A DNA stretch of 63,910 nucleotides, filler included, from Intoshia linei (lineage: Eukaryota > Animalia > Orthonectida), in assembly GCA_001642005.1 (NCBI GenBank). It is 7 parts of 7 records of this genome, joined end to end, with 100 filler letters (N's around TTAATTAATTAA, not from the genome) between each part and the next. Parts side by side here need not be neighbours in the genome. Positions count along the whole stretch, not along the records: positions 10,833 to 39,111 come from LWCA01000445.1; 6 more parts are not named here. The stretch is one strand, 5' to 3'. The position numbers were made by a program, and so were the translations under genes. The notes under the pieces were generated by a model, which saw only the letters and a list, made by a program, of their open reading frames with translations, was not told where the DNA came from and ran no database searches. Shown piece by piece: positions 12,835 to 29,857 of this stretch (position 1 is the first letter of the stretch; each line of letters starts with the position of its first letter).

Positions 12835-13430
12835 CAGGGATGCCCAACCTTTTTTTGATGCGATCGACTCATACAGTGGTTTTCAACCTTTTTGTGTTCG
12901 CGACACCCTTATAAACATAAAAAATTTCGCGACCCAAAAATTTTCTATATACTCCAAACATTATATCAGTTGGCATAAATGAAAATATTAAAAAATCATA
13001 TTCAGTTTTATTTATATTTTATACTGTGCTCATTGAGCACTACTCAGTACAATGTATTATTATAATAACTAAATTTATTTTCTTCATATGAAATTTAATG
13101 TTCCATTTTAGATACAATTATTGATATTCTAGACAGTGTATGCAGTAAGGCGAGCCTCATATCACCTTAACATTCAATCTGTTTATTGACTTTGTTTTTA
13201 TATGAACAAGTGTATAAAATCCTGCTTCACACAGATAAGCTGACTGTAAAAATAGTAGCAATCTTAAAGCAATCGTAAATACATTTGGATATGAATCAAT
13301 CATATTACACCAAAAAGTACTTAGTGGTTTTTCATCATAGAAAATATTACGTGCAGTGGAATCATTTATTAAATCTATTATTTCATCCTGTATTTTATCG
13401 GTAATACATGTAGTTTGTATATTGAGCGAA
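12835..13430 (-). mobile_element. two adjacent hAT ends plus a decayed Charlie/ZBED5-type transposase C-terminus
   Basis: CAGGGATGCCCAACC at 12835 and CAGTGGTTTTCAACC at 12874; minus strand DEIIDLINDS...FWCNMIDSYPNVFTIALRLLL...SAYLCEAGFYTLVHIKTKSINRL resembles the hAT dimerisation domain. Confidence 0.8.
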
Positions 13431-13505
13431 GAAGAACATTTAAAATTGTAATACAGAATGTAAATATTAATATTATATATTAAAATAAAAAAATATATTC
13501 ATAAA

Positions 13506-15166
13506 ATTTTCAAATTCTATAATAAATGCAAGTATGAATTATAATTTTTACATTCCTGAAAAAAATTTAAAAATGTATCTCGTAGTTAAAGGATTAATTA
13601 ATATTAATAACTGTCATTTCTAAATTAATATATAAAGTTGATTCACTTTTAAATGAATGACCATTATTGTATAAAATCAAAAAAATCTTACTCCATGAAA
13701 TGTGAACTATTTCGTGTTAAAGTTAAAAAAATGTACACATGCGTTATGATTATTCTTTATGGTGGATTTCAAATTTTGTCTATTTGTTAATTATCAAAAC
13801 TTAATTTAAAAAAAATCTGGATTATCAATAATTTTGTGTCATAAAATTATATTTGCGTCTTCTCGTTAAGTTTTAGTCATAAGCATCGAGACCAAAAGTC
13901 AATTTGAATATATGAATCAATATGAAATTACAAACATTACGAAACCTGAAAAGCTTACAATAACTGTAAATAATAATATGACTAATAATACAATTTTATT
14001 GACAATATTTCGTGTATTAAAGGAAATATTTACAAAAGGTTACATCAGNATAATATGCAAATATGAATTATAATTTTTACATTCCTGAAAAAAATTTAAA
14101 AATGTATCTCGTAGTTAAAGGATTAATTAATATTTAAATATTAATAACTGTCATTTCTGTAGTTACATACAACTAAACTAATATATAAAGTTGATTCACT
14201 TTTAAATGAATGACCATTATTGTATAAAATCAAAAAAATCTTCCTCTATGAAATTTTTGTATTCACGTTTAATTCCAATAACAATATTAATATCAAAAAA
14301 AATATATTCTCCCTATTTTTATTAACAAGAATACAACATTCTTTCCTTGGTAGTTGAGAATTAAAGGTTATTCCAAAATATAATCATTCCGAAATCGAAT
14401 AGGCAACTTGGCATTACGTTTTGGTCTTTCACTTGGTGCTGTGGGTTCAACTGTATCTTCACCAATCATTTCAGTCTGATCAATTACATCGTCCAATATA
14501 GAGTTGGGGACTTTGTATCTGCATAATCGAGAACCGTTATATACAGACGAGTATTCTAATCTATATATACCTATAACCTATAATAACTTCAACAATTTTT
14601 AATGGATCTGACATAGAATATCCCTTTAATTGCGGACGACCNATGCAAGTATGAATTATAATTTTTACATTCCTGAAAAAAATTTAAAAATGTATCTCGT
14701 AGTTAAAGGATTAATTAATATTAATAACTGTCATTTCTAAATTAATATATAAAGTTGATTCACTTTTAAATGAATGACCATTATTGTATAAAATCAAAAA
14801 AATCTTACTCCATGAAATGTGAACTATTTCGTGTTAAAGTTAAAAAAATGTACACATGCGTTATGATTATTCTTTATGGTGGATTTCAAATTTTGTCTAT
14901 TTGTTAATTATCAAAACTTAATTTAAAAAAAATCTGGATTATCAATAATTTTGTGTCATAAAATTATATTTGCGTCTTCTCGTTAAGTTTTAGTCATAAG
15001 CATCGAGACCAAAAGTCAATTTGAATATATGAATCAATATGAAATTACAAACATTACGAAACCTGAAAAGCTTACAATAACTGTAAATAATAATATGACT
15101 AATAATACAATTTTATTGACAATATTTCGTGTATTAAAGGAAATATTTACAAAAGGTTACATCAGA
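13506..15166. repeat. near-identical local duplications (13506-14047 repeated at 14643-15166; partial copy 14055-14245)
   Basis: Apparently identical text, with boundaries at single-N gaps (14049, 14642); likely scaffolding redundancy. Confidence 0.85.
14330..14641 (-). mobile_element. LTR-retrotransposon 3' remnant (integrase tail, polypurine tract, LTR start)
   Basis: Minus strand ...YNGSRLCRYKVP...EPTAPSERPKRNAKLPIRFRNDY resembles a Gypsy integrase tail; followed by AAGGAAAGAA and TGTTGTA. Confidence 0.55.
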
Positions 15167-15208
15167 TTTTGACTATATCAAAACTAGATAAATTCATGAT
15201 TCATGACA

Positions 15209-20598
<5,390 letters not shown>

Positions 20599-20768
20599 AT
20601 TAGATTACTAGTAAATCGAAAATGTAGTATTTACGTCACACATTTACACATTTACAGTTGACGTATATTAAATAAATCAAAACAAAATACAGTTGATAAT
20701 AAATTCAATAAAGTAGATTTAACAAACTGATTAATATAAACTCAACTTTGTTATAGCACTGCTAAAGT
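20599..20768. promoter_or_regulatory. putative bidirectional promoter between SRPK and PTCD3
   Basis: 170 bp between divergent start codons; CRE/ATF-like TTACGTCA (20631-20638) and TGACGTA (20659). Confidence 0.55.
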
Positions 20769-23700
20769 ATGCCTTTGAAAAAACTTTTAGTAAGACAATA
20801 TCGTTGTCGATCGGTTTATAGACCAATCAATGCTGGTAATTAAGTTGTTTCCGATTTTATAGTGATTTAGATTTCAATATTCCTGCTAGAATTGATCGGT
20901 TATTGATTTAATTCTAAATATTTTTGTTTAGAAAAAGTACAGATATACTTGAAACTTTGTCTAAATCCATTAAACAAGTAATCGATTTTTTTACTTGCTT
21001 TAAAATTCAATTAGACTAAGAACACGTTAAATTACAATTTTATTGATGATCCGCACTTGATCAATCAGTCTAGCTTGGTAATGTTTTCATTTATTTTATT
21101 AATTCATTTGAAGATGTATTTGGCTCTTAATAAGGCTTCAGGGAGAAAAACTGCCAAATTCGTTGTTGATCAATATTCGCATTTATTTTTTAATAACCCA
21201 ACCGTTCCTAAAGTTGAGGTATTTATTTTTATTTAAATTTTTTAAATTTTTTAATTAGGCTTTTTCTTCTCTTAAGCATAAGGAAGATCCACCAGAATTG
21301 AATAAAACTAATTTTACTGCATTTCAAGATTATTTAGCCCAAAGGAATATTCCAAAATGTATTGAACTCTATCAGCTTAATGCTGATAGTAATGGTAATG
21401 GTAATTTGATCATTTTTAGTTGACTCTGAATTTCATTATCCTTGAAAATAAATGATATTTTTGTCGTTTCCAATTGAGCATCGTCGCCAATATAATGTAG
21501 CAAGTTTTTCGTAGACTGCAATATGAATCCACTGTTAATCTACATATTAGGGTGGTTCATTTTAGTGTTTTTTTTTAATTTCAAAAACTATTTTTGCATA
21601 CCATCCACATTTGGTATAAGTAGGAGCATGCCACAAAAAAAATTTATCTGCCCTGTCAGGGTAAAATGTATTTTTTTTCATAATCTTATTGTTTTTTTTT
21701 GGAATGTTTTTTTTCTATGATCTTTGACAACCTGTATCAGGTTTTGCTTGGAATCTTCATTTATTGTATCAAAATTTTAGTACTTTTCAATCTATGCCTA
21801 TTAGGATTGTTCGATTTTTACTAAAAATGATTTTTATTGAAAATACCCTATATTTGGTGATATATTTGAAGATGGTACTTAAAATTCCTAGAAAATATAT
21901 TTTTATAAAAAATTACCGTTAAAACATTTTTTTATGTTTTTATAAGCTTTTTTCAAATTATTACATATATCGTCATATTACTTGTAATCAGGTATTGGAA
22001 ATACAATGTAATTGATTAATTCCAATCTCTAATTCTAATTTAATTTAACTGTGGTGAGTTTTACATTATTGTATAGATAAATGGAAATTGGACGAGAATA
22101 TGATTGAAGAGTTTTTTAGTTTAATGTGCTTTTCAAATTCTGATCAATTAAACATTGAACTTGAGAGAGAAGAAAACACATTCTTATCTAATGATAGTGA
22201 AAAATTCAGTGGAAATACTTGGAAGTAAATTATATGTACATTGTGAAAGTATATCAGCGGTTCCCATATGAGTGTACTGTGGTCTCTAGGGGTCTGCTTC
22301 ACAGGGAATACGTAGATTTCTGGGGTTGAAATTTTATATCTATTTCAACTAGAATAAGCTGTATAAGAATAATCTTTTTTTTTTTAATTCTAGAACCATT
22401 AATTAGTTTAAATTTTTGTTTTAATAAAATACTTTCAAAAAAAATAAATACCAAATGATTTTTTAACCGTGAAGGCATCACTTTATGAGTTTAAAAAAAG
22501 ATAATATGGTGTTTTGATAGTGAAAATACAATTTTTGGTTGTTGTGGTCCTTACTTATATAAAATTGAATGTGTGTCTTGCAGTTATTTTCAATGACTGA
22601 GATTCCTAGAATTTTAACAAACACAAATTCCATTCCGGGCAGAAATTAAAATAAATTTCAATCTCAGAAACTTACCAATTCCCGGTCAAAAACCCAATTA
22701 TTTTTTTTTTAAAATCAAACGAGTCCTAGAATTTAAAAAAATATACACTCTGATACTAGGGATGACAAATAACCGGAAAAAAATTAACCGGTTAATTAAC
22801 CGTTAAAATTTATTAAACATTTTTAAAAAATTTTAAAAAGTCGAGACAGAAAAAATTTATAATATTTTAAGAATATTTCCAAATGAATTTAAAATGAAGG
22901 ACGGCAGTTTAATTTGTATCAAATGCAATTGTGATGTCTCATTTGAAAAATTATATTATGTGCAGAGTCATAAGTCGTCTGTTAAACACAAATCATTAAC
23001 TTTGAATGATACTACTATAATTCGTAAATATCGCAAATTAAAAAGTGATTTTGCCATTGACATAGTAGAACTTTTTGCCTCGATAGACATACCCTTATAC
23101 AAATCTATCTGATACAGAGTTTAAAATCATTAGCATGCTAATAAATTTTAATTTCAAAAAGATATATTTCCATTTATGAGATGATAAAACCCAAATGAAA
23201 AAAGTATTAGAATATTATAAAACATACTTTTTATGATTTTTTTAAATTATTAATCGCAATCACAAAACAGTTCATTTTCATGATCAAAACTCCTATACCC
23301 TTTTTTAAAAAATGAAAATAGGCCTAGAAATTTAATAAAATTACACACATACATTTATCTCGAGTTAATACACAAAAAATTATCCCAGAATTTATTTCAA
23401 CTTATATACTTGTATATAATATGCTACGCTATTTTTGTTTGTATGTGTGTGTTACGCTTTATTTAAATAACTATTTGTCTTAGAATTTTATAAAGTCCAC
23501 ATTTCAATTACAGTTTTTTCCGGGACGTATAATAAGATAAATTTCAACCTTCCAAACTCACATCTTACGGGTCAAAAACCCCAATTGTCCTTCTTTTTGA
23601 AAATCAAATGAGTTGGAGAATTTAAAAAAATATATACGCTGATACGGATTTTAAAATCATAAACATTATCATACATTTAAATTTAAAAAAATTATATTTT

Positions 23701-26700
23701 CAGGGCCAAAACTACAAATTACCCTTATTTTTTTAATGAAAACAACCCTAGAATTTAAAAAAATGTATAGGTTTTTATAATTTTATTTTTTTCTGGAATT
23801 TATGAGATTTTTTAGGATTGGACTGTTTATACTTTATTTTTAATATTATACACACATTCTGTCTAATAAATTAAAAAAGTTTTAACTTTATTTTTAATAT
23901 TATACACACATTCTGTCTAATAAATTAAAAAAATGGGATTACAATTGTTTTTAAAATTCTTTACGCAAATGTTAAACAAAAAATTAAGATGGAATAATTT
24001 AGTTTAAAGTATAAAATAAATTAGATATGATGGTTTCAACTGAAACAAATTTGGGAACCACTCCTTTAAAGGATTGATAATAGTTGATAGTAGGATTTTT
24101 AAGTTAGATTTTAAATGTGAATTTATTTTTTTGGTATAATAAAAATGTGCCCTTGGCAGAGCTAGGTGCTGTTTGTACGTAGTACATAACAGTCAACCTA
24201 TATTTTATAAAGTTTTAGGACATGTTCATAGTTAAAACGCATTCCAGAATTTATGTTTTATTAACTTTTTCGGCTAATTTTATTTAAAAAAAGGGTTAAT
24301 TGGGTTTTTGATCATGAAGAACTCAAATTCGTAAACTGAAACAGATATAAACATGACATGCGAAAATCGGTATTAGAAATTTGGTTTTGTTAAATTCTGG
24401 GACTGTAATGTTATAAATATGCGGTAACAAACATTATGTGTGACACATAGACATTCAATTTTATATAAGTAAAGGATTCCTCCTTAAATCGAAACATTTG
24501 AAATATTAAAATGTGGGATAGACAAGATTGTACATTAATTTTGAAGTGATGGCTTCTGTAGAGTATTTAACCCCGGAAAAAACTGTAATGGAAATGTGGA
24601 ATTTTTTAAATTCTAGGACTCTTAGTTGTTGAAATAAACTATAACACATACAGACAAATATAGAGTTTTATACAAGTTAAAAATCATAACTTGTGACAAA
24701 TAATAATATTCGAAAAATATGGGTTGATAATATATTAAAAGTTATTTTTTACAGTGAACAGTGATTTTTGTTTTTTAAAATTTTTCTCTGAAATATCATA
24801 TAAAAAGAATCAATGCTAAAATTCTTTTTTGACTGTACAAGAGTCACTTTGTCAGATTGAAATTTTTTGTGCATGTTAACTGTATGAGCTGTAATTTTGT
24901 CTAAAATACTCTGGGGTTCGGCATTATAAACAGAAATAATAAATATTTAATGTAATTGACTATCCTTACTTAGATAATGTAATAGTTGCTGAAAATGTGT
25001 GGGTGTGTTTACTACTTTTATATTGAGTATATTTAGAAACGAAGGATTTGCGGATAAATTTTTTTCAGAAATTGAAAAAACGGATAAAATTTACAATATT
25101 TATTTGTGTGGTCTTTGCAGGGTAATTTTTGTTCATTTTGATATTGTATAATTATGACTAGTTTGGTGACACTGTCAGAGCTAAAGAGATTTTTGAAGAG
25201 ATGGATAATAATGTTAAAAGTTTTATATTGTGTTATACTATTATTATTTATTTGTTTTTAGTTTTCAAGTCATCTTATGATGCTTATATCAAAATTATTT
25301 CATATATGAATAACAACAGTTCATGGAATTATGTAAAGGTGAGATTTTAATTTGAGAGTTACATATTTGTTAATTTAATCAATAATAAGTCATGACCGAT
25401 TCTTGATAATTTTTTAGACAATTTGCAACAAAATTTCTAAAGATGGAATATCTCCGGATGTATATACATTTGAGGCATTGTTTCAGTATCTCAGTGCGGT
25501 AATGTCAAGTCGAGATTACAAAAAAAAACTGGCTGTAACTCTCACGACAACTATGAAAAATATGAATATAGGTTATTATAATTTGATAAATTGTATATTT
25601 GTCTTTAGAAATTTCATTATCCTGCCTTTATCATTTATTGGACATATTTTATTCTAAATATTGTATAAATTTTTTTTAACCTGGTAATAAAATGTAGCAT
25701 ACGAGGAAAAAATTGCGTATCAAGTTTTTGATTATGTCAAATCTGCCAAAAAGGACAACTTAACGCAAAATTCTTATCATTGTAATTTCATTTTTTTGAT
25801 ACTATCCTTACTTTTATAAATTTTAGATAAATTTCTTCCAAAATTGATGAATATCGTATATCACGTTTTCGATTTTTCTACTTTATTTAGGCGGCACAAA
25901 AAAAGGATTTTAAATTTGCCACACAAATTAACAATCTTTTGAAAGCTAGTAATATGGAATTGCTGGGAGATAATTTGAGTATTTCGCTATATTAGTACTA
26001 ATATGATGATTGTGATACATTTGAATTTAGTCATCATTATCTCTTACTATTGTATCAAAACGTCAATTTGCATAATTTCTTTGAAATATATTCACAAATT
26101 GTACCCAACGTATCATTTTAATTTCAGAGTTTAAATATACTAGATATATGTTCCAAATAAAAACTATATGATAACATTATTAAAAGATGTTTTAAATCGA
26201 GGCCCTGGTCATTTGGAGGGTTTATTGATGGGTAAAATATATATTTTATCTTATTTATTTTTTTAATAGATATTCAGGATTTAAATTTACAATTATCTAC
26301 ACTGCCGACAGTCTTAAACCATTTTAAACAAATTTTAAATAAATCGCTTTCAATCGATAAATCTGTATCTTTATACATTTATTTTTAAAACATTTGTGAT
26401 AGACCCATAATGTTTTAAAATTTTACTTAAAATCTTTATCAAGCAGTATAATTTCCAATTCAATGCCGAATCGATTAAAAATTATAAAACCTTATGCTCT
26501 TCACATGTTTGTATTAATTTATTATTTTATATTTTTAGTAAAAATATTTCAGGAGATGATCTAAGTACTTTATTTGAAGCATTAATGTACTTTGAGCATA
26601 ATAAAAATGTTGGGTTTGTTTTTAAAAGATACGTATTAATTTAATTTTAGTCTTATTTTTGAACAGTACATGGATTATAAAAATGACATTGTTGGCTATT

Positions 26701-27011
26701 TAAGGTATTTTAAGTATCCATTCTGTATTTATTCATTTATAGACCAAGCTGTGTTTATCAACTTTCTAAAAAATTTTGTAGAAATAACCTCCAAAGCTTT
26801 TCGGTAATTTTTAAAATAATTTTGATGCCACGGGTTAAAGCTTCAAAAAACTATGTATTGTGATTATTTCATTTTAAAATTAGAATTGTCTTTTGTTGTG
26901 TGAAGAGGTTGGATATGATGATATTTCAAAAAAAATTAAATGTATTGAAGTGTAATTACAATAAATTTTACTTATTTCAATGTTCAAGGGATACCAGACC
27001 GCCAAAACTGA
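20769..27011 (+). CDS. PTCD3: pentatricopeptide repeat domain 3 / mitoribosomal mS39; many short exons, 3' end approximate
   Basis: Arg-rich presequence-like MPLKKLLVRQYRCRSVYR, then NIPARIDRKSTDILETLSKSI, YNFIDDPHLI, LNKASGRKTAKFVVDQYSHLF, TW-x-NEGFADKFF, GISPDVYTF, matching the PTCD3 N-terminus and PPR repeats. Confidence 0.85.
22757..23107 (+). mobile_element. internally deleted hAT element with BED-finger (CGGBP1-like) transposase N-terminus
   Basis: TAGGGATG left end, perfect 8-bp TSD TCTGATAC; ORF DGSLICIKCNCDVSFEKLYYVQSHKSSVKH...DFAIDIVELFASIDIPLYK. Confidence 0.85.
23831..23932. repeat. direct tandem duplication, ~54-bp unit x2
   Basis: ACTTTATTTTTAATATTATACACACATTCTGTCTAATAAATTAAAAAA at 23831 and 23885. 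Confidence 0.85.
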
Positions 27012-27258
27012 TACTGTTTAAAATTTACAAAAAAATACTTTTGTTAATTTTTGACTTAAATATTTGTATAAAAAATAAAAAAAATGTTATTCATTTGAAA
27101 TATTAAATCGTAAAAAAAGTACACATTGTATTTTAAATGTGACATCATTAATTCAATCAAAATTACAACATTAGATTAGCAATACGGTATTTAAAAACAT
27201 GAAAACAACCTAATAACACTAAAAACGTAGATTCGCAGACGAAAAAAAAAAATACAAA

Positions 27259-28526
27259 TTAATTTTTTAATAAACAATTGTTACAATACCATTTTCCTTT
27301 AGGTTGCGTCTTTATTCCAGCACATTCATAATGAAACCATTCTAACATACATTCTTCGTTATCACAACCAATCATTAATCCATAAGATACTTTGTTGCAA
27401 TAACAATATCTAAAATAAAAATTACAGTAATACAGAAACTCACCCATTCAATGTTGATAACCTCGAAAAATATAAAATACCTTGGTTCATTTTCATCAAT
27501 TGGCATATCGATAGTTTCTGAACACGACATGAGTAATAATGGTAATCTACTAGCTTCGGCGTCAGTTAATGAATAATTATGAGATTTATTGTTTTCTTTA
27601 TTAAAAAGCGTTTGCTGGTATTTATCAAGATTTTCTGCATTCAACATTCTGAATAAAATTTTATCGTCTTTTAATTGATTTTCAAAACGTAAAAGATCCT
27701 TATCCAATTTGTTTATTTGATTGTCAATGAGGGTATATGAAAAATCAGATATCTTTACTTTTTTTTTAGATATTTTGATCAGTTTCTCAGCTGATGATTT
27801 AATAGAATTCCTTGTTTTCATTCTAAATTACGATTAAAATAATCATATATACAAGTTATACGTTTAGGATACGCTTGTTTAAATAGTATATCGTGTGAAA
27901 AAACGTAAATACATATACATTTATATACTTCCCAGTCTGAACTATTTTATGGTCACAAGTTTTAATTTTTAGTTAATTTATATTATATTAATAATATATT
28001 CTTTTTGAAGACGAACATTTAACTACCCCTGAATTAAATAAAAGTTAATTAATAAAGGGGTGAAAAATAAAAAAGATTAATAAACACGACGTGGACATAA
28101 CAAAACCAAATTAAACAATTTATAATATAAATGAATATTGATAATATCAACCAATAACGGTTGATTATCAGCATCATCGATTTAATTTATATTCAGAAAA
28201 TAAAATCTAATTCGTTTGAATCAGAATTTTACTATTTTGTAGTGGAAACCCAACAGAACCAATTACGATCATACTGTGCAAAGTACATAGTATGTACCAT
28301 ATACGTTAAACTATCATAAAAATTTAAAAAATTACAAATTTGAGGTTGATTTATTCTTTTTTGATTTGATATAATCTTCCCATACATTATCTATTTCATT
28401 TAACCCATTAACATAGGTTTTATTTAAATTTGTTAAATCATTCAAATATTGTTTCAACTGTACAGGTATTTCATTTAGTACGTCAAAGCAACTATCCAGA
28501 TACAAAGGAGAAAGTTTTGATCCCAT
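27259..28526 (-). CDS. ING5: inhibitor of growth protein, ING4/5-like (PHD finger); exons approx. 28336-28526, 27481-27823, 27259-27409
   Basis: N-terminal ING domain ([36 protein letters not shown]) and [52 protein letters not shown]; ING4 versus ING5 not resolvable. Confidence 0.9.
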
Positions 28527-28639
28527 TTCATAAATATATGAATGTAATTTAAAATTTTTTAAATTTTGTCATAACAACAGTTCAATATAATCAGTAGACA
28601 AGTTAAATTTATATTCAACTTTAATTTGAATGTTTCAAT

Positions 28640-28826
28640 TCACAATGTCAAATTTAATTTCAAACTGCAATGTTTTTCTATGGTTGTAATTCCTTTGATA
28701 GGTTGCCCATGTTTTGTGAACCATTTTGTTTTTTTAATTAAATTAATAGTAAATATAAATAGATTTACTATATTCGTCAATAATTTTTTTATTGACTTTA
28801 CTTAAAGACTCGTGTGAATTAATCAT
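28640..28826 (-). pseudogene. putative small-protein gene or pseudogene, paralog of the 29657 ORF
   Basis: MINSHESLSKVNKKIIDEY, then a 31-nt GT..AA intron-like gap, then IKKTKWFTKHGQPIKGITTIEKHCSLKLNLTL*. Confidence 0.4.
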
Positions 28827-28884
28827 CTTGTTTGCGTTAAGTAAAGAATGGAAAATCTTAACTCGTAAAGTAAATAACTATTAT

Positions 28885-29625
28885 CAGTGGCGGCTCGTCA
28901 TAGAGGGCTGCAGCCCCTACAAAATTTTAAATAATTTAAAACAAAATTATAATTTTATATAACAGTTCAATACATAAAACTCAATTTGTAATTTTTATTG
29001 AAAATTTAATACTATGGGCTGCACTGTTTACAGCCCACATCTAGTGAATTTCAGTGTGTAGGCTACATCCTGAAATTCACAATTTCAAAAGTGTAATAGC
29101 CATATGAAATTTAATACATCCTAACTTATATAATATGCTACGCGATTTTTGTGTGTGTGTGTATTCAGCTTTATTTGAACAACTACCAGTCTTAGAATTT
29201 TATAAAGTACACATTTCAATTACAGTTTTTTCCGGGGTGTAAATTATATATACTAATTTCAATAAATTTAATTATATTAAATAATTTAATATACATTATT
29301 ATTACAATTATTATTATAATTATAATGTTATATTAAAATTAGTTCGCAAACATAATTTTAACCTCTCAAACTCACATCTTACGCGTCAAAAACCCCAATT
29401 GTCCATCTTTTTGACAATCAAACGAGTTGGGTAGAGATAGGTCCTGTTTGTACGTAGTACATAACAGTCAACCTGGTTATACATAATTTGTAATTTCTAT
29501 TGACAATTTTAACGACACTGTCACTGAAGAGTTTGTGATATCAAAAAACCATTGAGATGAATTTAGATATAAATAATATCTTTTTTTTGCTGCCCACCGA
29601 TTATTATATCTACGAGCCGCCACTG
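28885..29625. mobile_element. hAT-like MITE containing a nested mini-Helitron
   Basis: 14-bp TIR CAGTGGCGGCTCGT / ACGAGCCGCCACTG; flanks ACTATTAT/ACTATATT. Confidence 0.85.
29119..29476 (+). mobile_element. short Helitron retaining both termini
   Basis: A|TCCTAACTT 5' end, subterminal hairpin CTGTTTGTAC-GTA-GTACATAACAG, CTGG|T 3' end; inserted between A and T with no TSD. Confidence 0.85.
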
Positions 29626-29656
29626 ACTATATTATGTATAGTTTTTGGGGTTAATT

Positions 29657-29857
29657 ATGAAGAATTCAAACATCTTTAAAAACCAAAATAAATCAGCTAG
29701 AAATGAATTTATAAAAACAAAATGGTTCAAAAAGCATGGTAAACCCATCAAAGGAATTACCAACAAAATTAAAGTTTATTATACACAAAATAAAGTTATT
29801 TTACATTTAGCCTACCATTTTTGTATGAATTTCAATAATTACATTTTGCGGGAGTAA
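29657..29857 (+). CDS. putative small basic protein MKNSNIFKNQNKSARNEFIKTKWFKKHGKPIKGIT...; possible 37-nt intron 29774-29810
   Basis: Open frame with codon-level conservation against the inverted paralog at 28640-28826. Confidence 0.45.
   Translation: MKNSNIFKNQNKSARNEFIKTKWFKKHGKPIKGITNKIKVYYTQNKVILHLAYHFCMNFNNYILRE

Larger units (their letters stand above)
22300..24900. mobile_element. cluster of Helitron fragments in both orientations in a PTCD3 intron
   Basis: 5' ends near 22548 (+), 23397 (+) and 24476 (-); 3' hairpin end near 24170-24200. Confidence 0.7.

Noticed and set aside
13506-15166. Tandem duplication of the SRPK downstream region
   Set aside because: Copies look identical and break at single-N gaps; most likely assembly overlap.
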